Shown piece after piece: positions 33,201 through 44,300 of a stretch of DNA of 64,000 nucleotides. Position 1 is the first letter of the stretch. Each line of letters starts with the position of its first letter. Both the position numbers and the translations under genes were made by a program. Source of the stretch: Orbicella franksi (lineage: Eukaryota); assembly GCA_964199315.1 (NCBI GenBank), contig OZ116700.1:28706001-28770000 (forward strand), given 5' to 3'. The notes below the pieces were generated by a model. That model searched no databases, was not told the DNA's origin, and was given only the letters and a program-made list of their open reading frames with translations.

Positions 33201-36200
33201 CCAAGAAATTAATATGGGTAATCAAATGGTGACAAGTGACATTAGGAAAAAGTTTCACGCGCGTTTTGTCAAAATTCTAATAATTATTTGAATTTTGACA
33301 AAACGCAAGTGAAAATATTTCTTAATTTGATTACCTTTTTAAAACATATTGGGTGACATATTACGCCACAACGGCGGGCGTCTGACTTGCTCGCTGTATC
33401 GAGAAATTTCGCGCAATTTTGGCAATTCTGTAATTTCACATGTAAAATTATTAATTGAAGCGAAACTTTCACGCCAAAATTATGGAGTAATTTGTCACCC
33501 ATGATATTACAAATGCAATTTTTGATCTTACAGCCACTGAGTCGCTTTTGGAACGCAATGAAGATATGCGAGTAAAGTTAAATTTCTACAAGAAAGGTAA
33601 TTTCCTTCATTATAGCTTCTCCATTCATAAGAGCATCGATTTCCACAATCTAAGGGGAAAAAAATACAAACTTGAATTCTGGACCATTAAAATTGTGCCG
33701 ACATGTAAATGGCGAAAAGCCTATGGAAGACTGAGGATCAAATTACTTAAACATGGAAACAAGAAAAAGGAATTATTCAAATAAGAGAGGCAGGGTTTCA
33801 TATATAACATTTGCAAACATCGAGGAGATTGCTAAGAATACGACGGGCTGTGGAGCATTTCTGACGAGTTTCGAGGTGTTTGGAGATGCGATAAAACAAT
33901 GTCACTTGCGTTTGAAATATCTTCCCAATTGCATCTAACTAAGCAAAACCGTAAAAATAAAATGATAAAAATCTGTCAATTATGAATACAAATCCAAACG
34001 TCGCCACGACTATAAATCATTGAACATTTACTAGCAAGGTAAACTGCATGAAATCAGTTATTCCTGAGGGAAATAAAGTGTAATTGAATCTTTTAAAACT
34101 TTGGTTATATTACGAGACAACAATGATTATTGCTAGTTCTGCTAGAAGGGACGCTTTTGCAGTCTATTCTTAGCTTTTTACACTATCCACGGTGTATGGC
34201 TACTTTGAAAATTGAGTAATTCGGTCTCGTTAAGAGAAAAGGTATTAGATGTTTTCTTTCGAAATATGTCTCACCGTTAAATATGACTGAGAACTCTTTC
34301 ACGTCGGCTCCATACTTGCCAGTGGCCACACAAGAGTAGTTACCTTCTTCGTTCAACCGAATGGTTACATCAGTCTGTGTTGTATTTATTATTACAGTGG
34401 AGTTTCTTGTCAGTGCTGTGTACACAGGAGGAGTTCCTTTGGTTGAACACACGGACAGCCTGAAGCCCGGCAATGTTCGTACCACAGGCTGTTGCAATAT
34501 CACTTTGGGAAAAACTGTCAAAGATTGAAAAGTATGTGAACTATTAACTTGAGGTAAAACATTTGTGACACCTTAGCGAATAGGAAATACTAAGTTTCGA
34601 GCTTAAGGGCTCCATATCTAACACCCGTATCGACAAATTTTGATACTTGCCTGGCGGTAAGTCATATATAGCTATATATGCTCTCACTTTTACTTTTTAA
34701 ATGCATGACTTACCAGCCGAAGTTATACTAGCCACAGAATCTAGTCAGTTCATCGTAACATGGAAATTTAAATAGAGGCAGCAAAAATGTTGTTTTCAAA
34801 ATAAATATGCAGCATTTTCAAGTCTACCAAATCTAGTTGAGCAAATGATCTGATTTTGGCTTTACATAGCTACAAACATAGCGATAAGTACAAAAAATGG
34901 TCCTTGAGAGGAGGTTTTGTGCGTGGCGTATAAATAGCCCTTTCGACATTTTGCGTTTGTCAACCATGGCAACAAGATTTTTGTAAGGAGGACTTCGTCA
35001 TGTATACATCACAACACAAAGATCTATTTTGTGCCTCAGTCTTCTGGCTTATACTTTGTAATTGCCTTTTCCTGAATCACACATTTAGCTGGATAATTTT
35101 GGTAAAGTTTAAAACAGTCACTTACCATTAAAGCACTACTTTTTATCACGAGCCTTTCGCCCTTCTCTTCTCTGGGAAAGAAGTCAGACAACGTCCCACA
35201 ATACCTTGCTACTATTCTGTGAAAAACCTGAAGATGCATTCGTTGCATTCTAACTTAGTCTACTTACCAATTGGGATAGCCGTGAAAAATATAAAAAATC
35301 CTCTTCGTTGCTCAATGTCGTCAGAGTGGAATGTGATCATCACGTGGTCTCCAGTTACAACAACACTCTCCCCTGTCTCTTCGCCACAGTATATGCCAAA
35401 TGTGTGACTTTTACCATCGGTAATCTTCAAGTAGTCATAGCTAACATTATAAAAAACAGTATTTTTTTCACGTCATATGCATAAATATTTTTACTCTCAC
35501 GCGATTGGTCAAAACGCGTCACTTGACTGAATATGACCCAACATCCGAGTGACATTCCCCAACTTTAAAAATACCTCTCGTGTTGCGAAAAATACTTGAA
35601 AGATAATAAACACAGTAGCCTACATTGGACTTTAAAAATGTGCTGGGATATTTTTCTCTGGACATTAACTGTTCCTGGAAGCAAATATTCGAGCATACTT
35701 TCGCGCGAAGTAGAGGCTGTAGATTATTTATATATCAATGATGAATTATAGTTCGAGATCTCTGAAACTGAGGGAAATTTTTTTTTTACTTCTAGTAGAG
35801 ATGCTTACTCGCAATAACCAAAATCTTCTTCCAAGTGAAAATCTTCAAATGAAATATTCAACGCCATGCCTTGTGGGATAACAATGGAATAAACACAGTG
35901 CAAATCGCTTGGGTAATTGTTTGGATATCCGGGACTTTTCAGGGAGTTGTTTACCAAAGAACCACATCCTGCTAGAAGGAAAAAAAAGGTTTGTTTAGCA
36001 AATTCCTCGCAACAACTAAGTAGCTTGTCTGGCTTGTATTGAAAAAATAGACGGTGTTCGAGTGCTTGTTTTGATGAGGAAACTCTGGTAAGCAGCGAAT
36101 AGCTGGAGTTTACCTTTCATGGATAATGAACGAGCAATTTTGTTCGAAGTGCGAAAATATTGTCACAGAAGACAGCTGAAGATCGTAAAATCTTCAAAGT

Positions 36201-37191
36201 AAGGGAAGAATTAAACAATTGATGGATCCAAATACTCACATAGTTTTGTTTATAATGGAAAATTGATAAAATACACAGAATTAGGTTTGTTATATTAAGT
36301 AAATCTGGTTATCCTTGTCAATTCCAGTGAGGTAAAACTAACTTTCAAATCAGCTCAATATAGCCATCGGAGGCGAAGAGGCAATTTTTCATGACGATAT
36401 AATTAGACATAAAATTAAAACAACCGACAGTGAAATGGACCGCTTCTATGATGACACTCAATATGTAAAAATTTTCGTATTTTTCATATAAACAGAAATC
36501 CACCTTCATAGATCAATTGATCATGCCGAATTTAGTAAATATTATACGAAGTTTCAAAAGAATCTGTTATAAACACATGGAAATAAATGAATCAAAACTT
36601 GCCAATTCGTGTAAATAAATGTATGCCCTGGGACAAGCGCTTGCCCCCTGGCGCACATTTCTGGTATTTCTTCGTTAACATTGATAACTTTGGGGCTTAC
36701 TTTTTGCTTGATTGGAAAAAAAAAATGCGAAAGCGTGAAATCTTCGAAGTGGTCCTCTATTATCTTCATAAATCGATCTTTTTCTTTATCCGTTTGGCTG
36801 TTTATAGTATCTTTTGTTTTTTCTCCGTGCCCTTCCGGAACTAGCCCACTTTGAACAAAGTTAATTTTTTAGTATTCAGCCGTGGTGCCAGGAGACAAAT
36901 AATGTCTCGCTCAATTTGACATGTAAACAGTTTTAACGTTCAGATTTGCATTTCTTCGAATCTACTCCCACGTCAAATTAGAAGCATATATTGGAATTTT
37001 TCAGGCAGCTTCCTAATTTGCCAAGTTCGACCAAAATGTAAGCTAGACGTGAAGGGAAAAAGCTCTCCACTTAACTTCTAATTGTCTAGGTTATACACAT
37101 AAATATAAATTTGACACCACTCTTTGAGGACAACGAGCTGTCATGTGGAAGCGTTCTGGCTCTGAACATATCCATTTTCTACGTTATTCAG

Positions 37192-37222
<31 letters not shown>

Positions 37223-37307
37223 GGAAAAAGTTGTTCTTACCCTTAAGAGCAAAGACGTTCTCCTGTTTGCTCCAAATTAGCACAAGGACGAGTGGTAGGA
37301 ACAGCAT
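18211..37307 (-). CDS. Receptor copy A: signal peptide-CUB-Ig-LRRNT-13xLRR-Cys-rich-multipass membrane protein (about 1350 aa)
   Basis: All exons are GT-AG and total 4053 nt in frame: 37307-37241 (SP; an upstream in-frame ATG at 37337 is possible), 35971-35809 and 35440-35268 (CUB), 34514-34275 (Ig), 33649-33532 (LRRNT), LRR exons 32842-32771, 32285-32214, 31691-31620, 30884-30813, 30469-30398, 28901-28830, 28032-27961, 27446-27372, 27150-27079, 26890-26819, 24909-24838, 23975-23904 and 23535-23461, then 22564-22365 and 21900-21775 (Cys-rich), 21297-19735 (Cys-rich plus TM region) and 18671-18211 (tail). The exact 3' end is uncertain because of a donor at 18287. Confidence 0.88.
19480..19695 (-). 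mobile_element. tRNA-derived SINE (5'-truncated) in the last intron of copy A
   Basis: It is the reverse complement of the SINE at 32910-33110: B box GGTTCGAATCC, body CATATGTGGGTTGAGTTTGTTGTTGGTTCT...GGGTTTTTCTCCGG and the shared 3' end GCTAAGGCT...TGAATATTGTAATTTA. Confidence 0.8.
23285..23388 (-). pseudogene. Decayed duplicate LRR exon in an intron of copy A
   Basis: Its 3' 32 nt match the upstream LRR exon end with 6 mismatches after removing a 4-nt insertion, and it keeps a CT|GTAA donor. It has an in-frame TAA and a 17-nt insertion. Confidence 0.6.
24236..24419. mobile_element. Near-perfect palindromic MITE (184 bp)
   Basis: GGGTGCGTTCCCTTTGGGGTGATCTGGATCAGGATCAGTGATC... and ...GATCACTGATCCTGATCCAGATCACCCCAAAGGAACGCACCC are inverted over about 85 bp. 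Both flanks read TATAT. Confidence 0.85.
25370..25860 (+). mobile_element. 3' fragment of a CR1/L2-like LINE
   Basis: The plus frame reads SIHSCNTRFSRRNSYALPKTRTNYGSFNIRFQGPKIWNDIN, an ORF2 C-terminal motif. An AT-rich UTR follows, ending AATAAAATGAAA. Confidence 0.6.
27494..27720 (+). mobile_element. tRNA-derived SINE (degenerate)
   Basis: A-box-like GGTCTAATGGTTAG and B-box-like AGTTCGAGCCC, then the conserved-core-like TGTTGTGTTCTTGGGCAAGACAC...CCACCTAGGTGTATAAACTGGTACC...GGTAACCCTGCGAGGGACTAGCATACCATCCAGGGGGGAGTA. Confidence 0.7.
28140..28640. mobile_element. Nested MITE-like elements in an LRR intron
   Basis: The inner element (about 28200-28480) contains inverted TGTTACACTGTGATAAAAC / GTTTTATCACAGTGTAATACA. 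It interrupts an outer element at a duplicated TAGATA. Confidence 0.5.
29195..29440. repeat. (ATAATC)n microsatellite tracts
   Basis: Direct reading shows runs at about 29195-29230 and 29370-29440. Confidence 0.85.
29860..30330 (+). mobile_element. Dispersed non-autonomous repeat; inverted copies at about 45560-45925 and 57130-57360 (partial)
   Basis: Internal TTTCCGAAGATT repeats and the AAATTTCGTGTCTTCAAGAGACCGTGTAAT end reappear reverse-complemented at 45780-45870 (GAAATCTTCGGAA..., ATTACATGGTCGCTTGGAGATACGAAATTTCTC). Confidence 0.7.
32910..33110 (+). mobile_element. tRNA-derived SINE
   Basis: A box GATGGCGCAGCGGTGAG, B box GGTTCGATTCC and body CATATGTAGGCTGAGTTTGTTGCTGG. Same family as 19480-19695. 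Confidence 0.8.
34275..34514 (-). other. Ig-like domain exon of receptor copy A
   Basis: A phase 1-1 exon of 240 nt: VFPKVILQQPVV...SVCSTKGTPPVYTAL...TIRLNEEGNYSCVATGKYGADVKEFSVIF, with both Ig cysteines and the GNYSCVA F-strand motif. Confidence 0.8.
35268..35971 (-). other. CUB domain of receptor copy A (two exons)
   Basis: GCGSLVNNSLKSPGYPNNYPSDLHCVYSI...FEDFHLEEDFGYC|DYDYLKITDG...GIYCGEETG...VMITFHSDDIEQRRGFFIFF contains the canonical CUB motifs (SPGYP, C-YDYL, YCG, FHSD, GF). Confidence 0.9.
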
Positions 37308-40030
37308 TTTGAAATTGTTGACGGACTTTTCTTCCATTTTTTCACAAATATCGTCCCTTAATAAGGATGTATCTTTCCTGCAAGTAATAAAAGCTAAGTA
37401 CTGTTTAGTTTTGTTTACCACCAGATAGCCTGTGAGAGAAAACCACTGTTGGAAGCCCTTGAAGAATAGAGCTCGTTATGAGGAGCTCTCGTCTGGTCTA
37501 CCGGGCCATGCTTTTAGTTAATAAAATAAAAATAATGAAAATATATCATTTTATGTGTATCAAGAATAATTGTATTTTCCATTCGCGAAACAAACACGAA
37601 ACATTTTTGTATTTTTCTGGTCAGAAAATTCATCTAGAAGTATATCTTCGAAAATTGAAATGTCTTCAAATAATATTGAAAAACTTACGTAAAACAACTA
37701 ATTAAACACGATAGAAGATACTAAACAGAGAAGATGCTGTCCACAAAAATGATCACTATACGAACGGAACGTTGAAAGTGAAATATAAACGAGAAGATCA
37801 TTTTGGCAAACCTTATTCTTTTTACGTGATTTGTAGAATTTTATAAAGCTAATATTTTCTTGTAGTGCTACATGAATTGTCATTCAAAGGAAACCCACAT
37901 GTTTTGATCACTGAAATTTAATAAATAAACGTTTTTTAAGAATCTCGTTTTTTTAATTTGCTATTTGCGACATATTCCAAAGTTCAAGTGTTGAAAGTAT
38001 TGGAAACCAAAACACTTCGTCGGCCATAATGTATTTCAGAAATATATATTTCAGAGTTTCAACCAGTTAAGAGGTAAAATGGATGGCTTCTTGAACACTC
38101 AAGTGAGAAATATTTATGATCAGCACTGCAGAATCACGCAGTCATACAGGTTGAATATTTATGTGAAATATTTGTTAACTTTAGTCCTTTCGAGTGAAGG
38201 CTTAATTCAGAGACCACCATTGAAATAAGAAATAGGTATCTCAACATGCAAAATAAACAATACATCACTTGCAAAAAAATTCGGACGATTTTCATTTCGG
38301 AAGAAAAAAGTGCATGTTCTAAAATACAACATCCGAAATTTAAAGCACCCGAAATATTTACAGAATAGTATAAAACTTTTAAGTAGTTTTAAAACTCTTA
38401 GTTCCCTTCATGGAGCGAGCTCTTGTTGAGGCACTGGTTGAAATACATAAGAATTTGTTTTATTTTGTCATCGGTTTTTCTGTTAAACCTTTAGGGTGCG
38501 GTAAAACTATCATTTCACTGATATTGTTTCAGTCTTATTTGTTTTGCAGGAGCAAATTTACTTTTCTTCGAGATTTATCCGAATCGCGCGACAAAAAGTG
38601 TCCGAAAATTAAACATTCAAAATAAAACGTCCAAAATTTTTTGCAAGTAATGTAGTAATAGAAATAAAAACAATAATAGAAAAAATCGTCTGAACTCAGT
38701 CATTGTTATGTGAAAGTTCGAGTTCAAGTGTTCAAACTACAACGTCTACAGTAAAGGTAAAGAAGGCACTATACCTGAATCTTCCACCCTTCTAGAAAGA
38801 ATTATGTACTCTTGCATAGAGTCATCCTGTGAGGCTGTTGTAGACCTGAAAATCCGCGTGTTTTCCGGAAAATACAACATTTCAATGGCATAGACAACCG
38901 AGTTAACTAAACTGACATACCAGCCCTCACATAAGCGCAGGTGGCAGATAAGCAAATTAAAACCTCGTCAATCATGCAGTTATAGCAATTATAGTATTGT
39001 GGGAGGCTTTTTGGATGTTTCTATTGTTTTCGGTGAAAACCTATTTAAAATTTTCTCACTGAAACACTTTGACGTATTAAAATCTAGTAAACTTCGTGGC
39101 CAAAGTAAGCAAATATCCGAAAGATTCCTTGATTTTTTTGAAATTTGGATCTTAAAAAGAAACCACCCGATTTTTCGCTTACATATTTTCAAAATGTTAT
39201 ACCTTGTATTGGTGAGAGACCAAAGAGTATTCCATCAACCAGTTGGGCACAATCGATGATCCTAAGTGCCTTATGGTGTATTGAAATTCGCAGTGGGAAA
39301 CGTGGGGTAGATCAGAACTTTATTTTTCATTCTTTTTGCTTACATTGATAGATGGAAAACCAAAATTTCAACAGTGCGTTTACAGGGATTTAAGAGTACC
39401 CTTCTGCTCGTAACAGAAACAATCAAACGAAAAAAAAAAAAAAAAAAAGCGAATAATAACTACTAAAAAAACACCCAGCTGGACACTGTCTCTTGGCTAG
39501 CTTGCTATCGAACGCCTATAGCCAGATTTGGTCAAGTTGATAGCATGGGAGTGATAAGTCATTAAATGTGGTTGACTATCGCTTTTGAGAGCTCAAGAAA
39601 CTAAGGCCCCATCCACAGTACACCTGCGGAATTAAAAAACGCAGCAATGAACCGGTCATTTTGGATTTGTGTTTGAAGAAAACTCGGTCAGAAAATCACA
39701 TGGTTATCGTGACGTCAAACATTATGTTGAACAACTGAAAACATGTCCTTAGTGCGAGGCATTTCCTGTTATTCAACAGTCTGTGTGTTCAGGTTTCCTA
39801 ACCAATCAGGAGAACGCGAGTGTCCCAGGCGTAACTAAAAGTCATGTTATCTGTTACACGCGGCCCTTCCAGCGATCATCGTCATCCTGTGAACAGCTAC
39901 TTAGTCGCTAAGTCAAAACTTTTTTCAGGCAAGTTCTCTCTATATATTTTACATATTTACCTTACTCTCTGTTTCTTTAACTTGCTCCTTTGGTAACTGC
40001 CTTCCTTATTTTATTTCCTCGGCGATAGTT

Positions 40031-40342
40031 ATGGCTACACACGGCACACCTACACCCCGCGTTTTAGTTCTGGGCATTCGTTTATTCTACGTTAACGTGA
40101 TTTCATTGAACGTAACCCTGGGGATTTAGATTTAACGTTTAAAATAACGGAACCAGCTGCCATAAGTTGGCCTTGTGTTGGAGGGGGTACAGTGGCGAAG
40201 ACTATCCGACATGATCTGCATGCCGTGCAATCTGTCCGCCCTGACATTGTTATCGTGCAACTTGGCACCAATGATTTATCGTTCCACCCTCATTTGCAAG
40301 TGGGTTCTGATCTTGAGGACTTCGTCCGCTTGCTGCACGATT
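40031..40342 (+). pseudogene. Broken SGNH/GDSL esterase-like ORF, probably retroelement-derived
   Basis: MATHGTPTPRVLVLG(frameshift)HSFILR*RDFIE...VGGGTVAKTIRHDLHAVQSVRPDIVIVQLGTNDL shows SGNH block I (G-H-S), block II (G) and block III (GxND). It is truncated by a MITE-like sequence near 40350. Confidence 0.6.
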
Positions 40343-41377
40343 TGGGCCTACGCATCATCACCGCTACACGAACCGCTAATACGAACTTTGTTATTTCGAA
40401 TTACCCGTTATTTCGAATTCAAAACCATTTACCTTGGATTTGCCGCTCAGTCACTTACTATCAGCCTTGTTGTTCATTATTTCTGTTTACAAATGTCTTG
40501 AGGAGTAAGCGCAAAACTAAATACATTTACAACTGAGATTTTGTACAGTGATTTTATTTGACCCATGAAAGAGCATCTTACTATTTGCGCAAAACATCCA
40601 AAACTAAACAAAAGAATATAATGGAATTAGTGTCTAAGAGTATCTTGAAGCCTTTTTGCCTCTTGTATCTATTAGCTCGTTGGCATTACAAAATAATCCA
40701 ACATGAAAGTCAACTTCTGGTAGAAACTACAAAATTGGCCGAAATTGCCTCCAAATAGCTGTGCGGTCATGGGCAGCTTCCATCAATCGGCAACTTGGAG
40801 TTTTCTGAAGAAAACAGAAACAGATAACAGAACAATTGTTTTGATACTGAATCGTTGTGCTTCAATCCAAAGTTTCGTCTGGATCTGCTATTGAATAGAT
40901 AATGTTTTAGTGAAAAGAAACATTTTTAATTGAAGAGCTTATACCTATTTTTTTTTAGCTTTTTAGTTTACTCTGTAAACGTATGGCGCGATGTGCACAT
41001 GAATGAGATCTATATACACAGTCGCGGTATTATTATTTCAGTTTTACGGGTGCTATTTCATATCCATCCTGGAATTCAATTCCAACCAATTTTCCCATGC
41101 ACGAAATACATTGACGATTTCACAGCAGTTTTTTCGGGTGTGAAGTTTAATAAAGTCCTCTGCGTGATCGTTCCTCTGTTCATTGCTCCATTCTTGGATT
41201 TTAAAGAATTTCTAAGTCAGTTTGGGAAGTCAGAAATCGATGCAAATTTGATTCTATATCATTTAACTATTTCAACGTCTGTGAAATATTTTATTAGATG
41301 TCAATAAATTGTTTACAAACAACGTAAGCCTATGACATTTCGTCTTGTTTTCGTATGTGTGTTGTACTCACAGAGAT

Positions 41378-44300
41378 TCAAAAGTGTGTTTCCTTGACCG
41401 CAATAGAAAGCGTATACATCTCTGTTTGTGTCTTTTTGTGACTTTGGTTCTTGTTGTACACTGCGTCTTGACAATATTCCTCCTGCTCGGCAAACAATGA
41501 GTGATCTTGTTTACCCTCTTCAGGAGAAACATCGATAGCGCCACTGTCTTTCACAGCACCAATAAGGGTTGGTGCATCCATTTGTCCGGACTGCATTTGG
41601 TTGTTAAGAACATTAGTTGCAGCTAAACCGTGAATTTCACCTTGCAAATCATTGAGGGGCAAAAGCAAAGCCAGACAGCAGGAAAATGAGCAATGCGGAT
41701 TTTTCCACCATTCCCGAAGGTAGCAATACAGTACGGTAATGTACTGAACTGCAAACAAACAAACAAGAAGAACAGTTTCATATTTAGGGAAGCACGATGT
41801 TTTTTAGGATCAAATATCTTGCAATAACGCGTACAGAGTTTGAAGACGATCTCGGGATTGTCTTAACTTGGGTACCACATGCCTACGGAGGAGTGAAAAG
41901 ATGAAGACTTGGGACCCTTTACGCCCAATGACAGAGAAGGAAAAGAATGATTTTAGTTCGAAGAGCACCCCATCACAGCATCCAAGAACAGACCAGACTG
42001 AGGACTTTGTTGGGCTCACTCCAAGAGTTGAAGAAGTGTCCTACTCGTCTTTTTATACTAGATAAGCATAGATTTGGGATAATTCTGGCACAATCAGGCT
42101 GACGGAATATTTGATAATGAACCAGCTAATGGTCCAAAAATCAAAAAACGATTATCGGCAAAGTGGTCAATCGTTAACTTTAGAAACTTCAAGGGAGTCA
42201 TTAATTAACTAAAAGATTTGCTTCAAAACAACAAAAAAAAGTAATTAGTTGTGTTATCATACCAAGAAGTAGAACAATCACCGAAGCATTTGCTCCAAGT
42301 ACCAATATTTTGAATAACACTGCGTCTGTGTACGTGTCTCTTGACACTAGTATATCCTCTGCTGGGATTCTACTCACGGCTCCAACAGCTAAGTTGACGA
42401 TAGTAACTGCAAGAGATGTGGACATCAATCTGTTCTCGAACGCATCTTGCATGGGACGGATCCAGGAGAAAAGCATTCCATACATCCCGGCGATAACCAG
42501 TGTTAAGCCAATGTAAGATCTGCTCTCTTGACCCACCAGAATCAGAGCGGATGTAAGGATGACTTTACGAGACATTTCAACAAGTTCCCAATACCACGAA
42601 CGAGGTTTGTAGTTTTCGAAAAGAAAACGCAAACCTGTGATCATTTCCATACCATGACCTGGTTGTCGGCACGATTCGGCGTCCTTTAAGGAAACTATTA
42701 TCCTTCGTTGTCTCCAAAGGGCGATGAACGAGGCAGCAGCAAGGGAAATGATGTAAGCAGTGGATAAGTACGCCCCGACGAGCAAATAGTGGTAGTTTGG
42801 ACCCTGGCATTGAGTGCTGTAATCTGCTTTGAGATATTTTCGACAAAACTCTTCATTTTCATCTCGGCAAAGTTCATGACAAGCAAGGGGCAGGACAGCG
42901 GCTGTCTTGGAACACGTGCTCAGGTACGTCACGTACAGGAAAAAGAATAAATACCTGTACACAAGTTCTTTTGTCTGTTTAAGTCTTCTTGACTTCTCTT
43001 CATCCTCTAGGCTTTGACGTTTTAAGATTATTGCTTTATACACTGCGTAAGAAGCAGCAGAAATACCGATGACAACAGAATTCACGGCCATTATTGCAAA
43101 TAAGCTTCCAAATGCATCGACCTGCAGTCCTTCAAAGAGGCATTGAATGGGCGCAATCTGAAGTATGTTCAACTGTAATACTCCTGAATACTTGGCGATA
43201 ACCTCCAGGGAATCTGGCCAGTTTATGTAGGAGAATACTTCGAGTAAGCCATAAGTAACCTGATAAAAGCCAATTATGATCTTAAGTTTAGAGAAGAACC
43301 TGTCTATTAGGGGGATTTCTTCGGCTTTCTTATCTTTCTGTTTGCTCTTCCAAACCACCACTACAGCAACTGTCAACAAGATAGTCGCAATTATCGACAA
43401 CTGTGCCGCAATCCACTTCTTTGTTGGACATCGTGTACAGATCTGTAACTGCTTATAGTATCCTGAGCTGCATACGGCACAAAGTGGACCTTCATACCCG
43501 GTTTTACACGGAGAATCTAAGCCACCTTTGCAAGATTTTTCAACTGGGCACTTGTAAGGCGTTGGTATAGGATAAGTATATTTTACACTGGACGCATCTA
43601 ACGCTGGTGAAGATGACAACATATTTGCTATAAAATAGATGTAACGCTCTTTATGTGACTCATTTCGCCATTCCCACCAATGACCAGATTTCAAAGAAGC
43701 ATAATCATTTTTGCATTCCAGTCCCCCTTGTCCACATTTGTAACATTTATCAAACATATCTGTTCGATAAAGTCCTTTTAAGCATCGACAGGCACGGTAT
43801 CCGGCAAAGAAGTCAGTCTCCGTTCCTATTGAGAATTAGAAAAAAATGTGAATATTATTTATTTATTCACCGTGCATGCAGTTCATAACTCAGTTGGTCG
43901 GTCAGTGAGTCAGCGAGTCAGCAATAGTAATAGTAATAGTAACAGTAACAGTAACAGTAACAGTAGCAGTAAAAGTAACAGTAGCAGTAGCAGTAACAGT
44001 AACAGTAACAGTAACAGTAACAGTAACAGTAACAGTAACAGTAACAGTAACAGTAACAGTAACAGTAACAGTAACAGTAACAGTAACAGTAACAGTAACA
44101 GTAACAGTATCAGTAACATTAACAGTAACAGTAACAGTAACAGTAACAGTANNNNNNNNNNNNNNNNNNNNNNNNNNNNNNNNNNNNNNNNNNNNNNNNN
44201 NNNNNNNNNNNNNNNNNNNNNNNNNNNNNNNNNNNNNNNNNNNNNNNNNNNNNNNNNNNNNNNNNNNNNNNNNNNNNNNNNNNNNNNNNNNNNNNNNNNN

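Larger units (their letters stand above)
23461..33649 (-). repeat. LRRNT plus 13 single-LRR exons of copy A
   Basis: Eleven 72-nt and two 75-nt phase 2-2 exons each encode xLxxNxIxxLPxxxFxxLxxLxxL, e.g. YLSSNAITFLPERLFANLANLHVL, DLSSNAIAFLTENVFAPLRNLKYL and SLAGNNLQFLPDGLLSNLTFLDNL. Confidence 0.9.

Noticed and set aside
41810-42065. Short ORFs on both strands in the last intron of copy B
   Set aside because: No recognisable domain, no counterpart in copy A and no convincing pair of splice sites.
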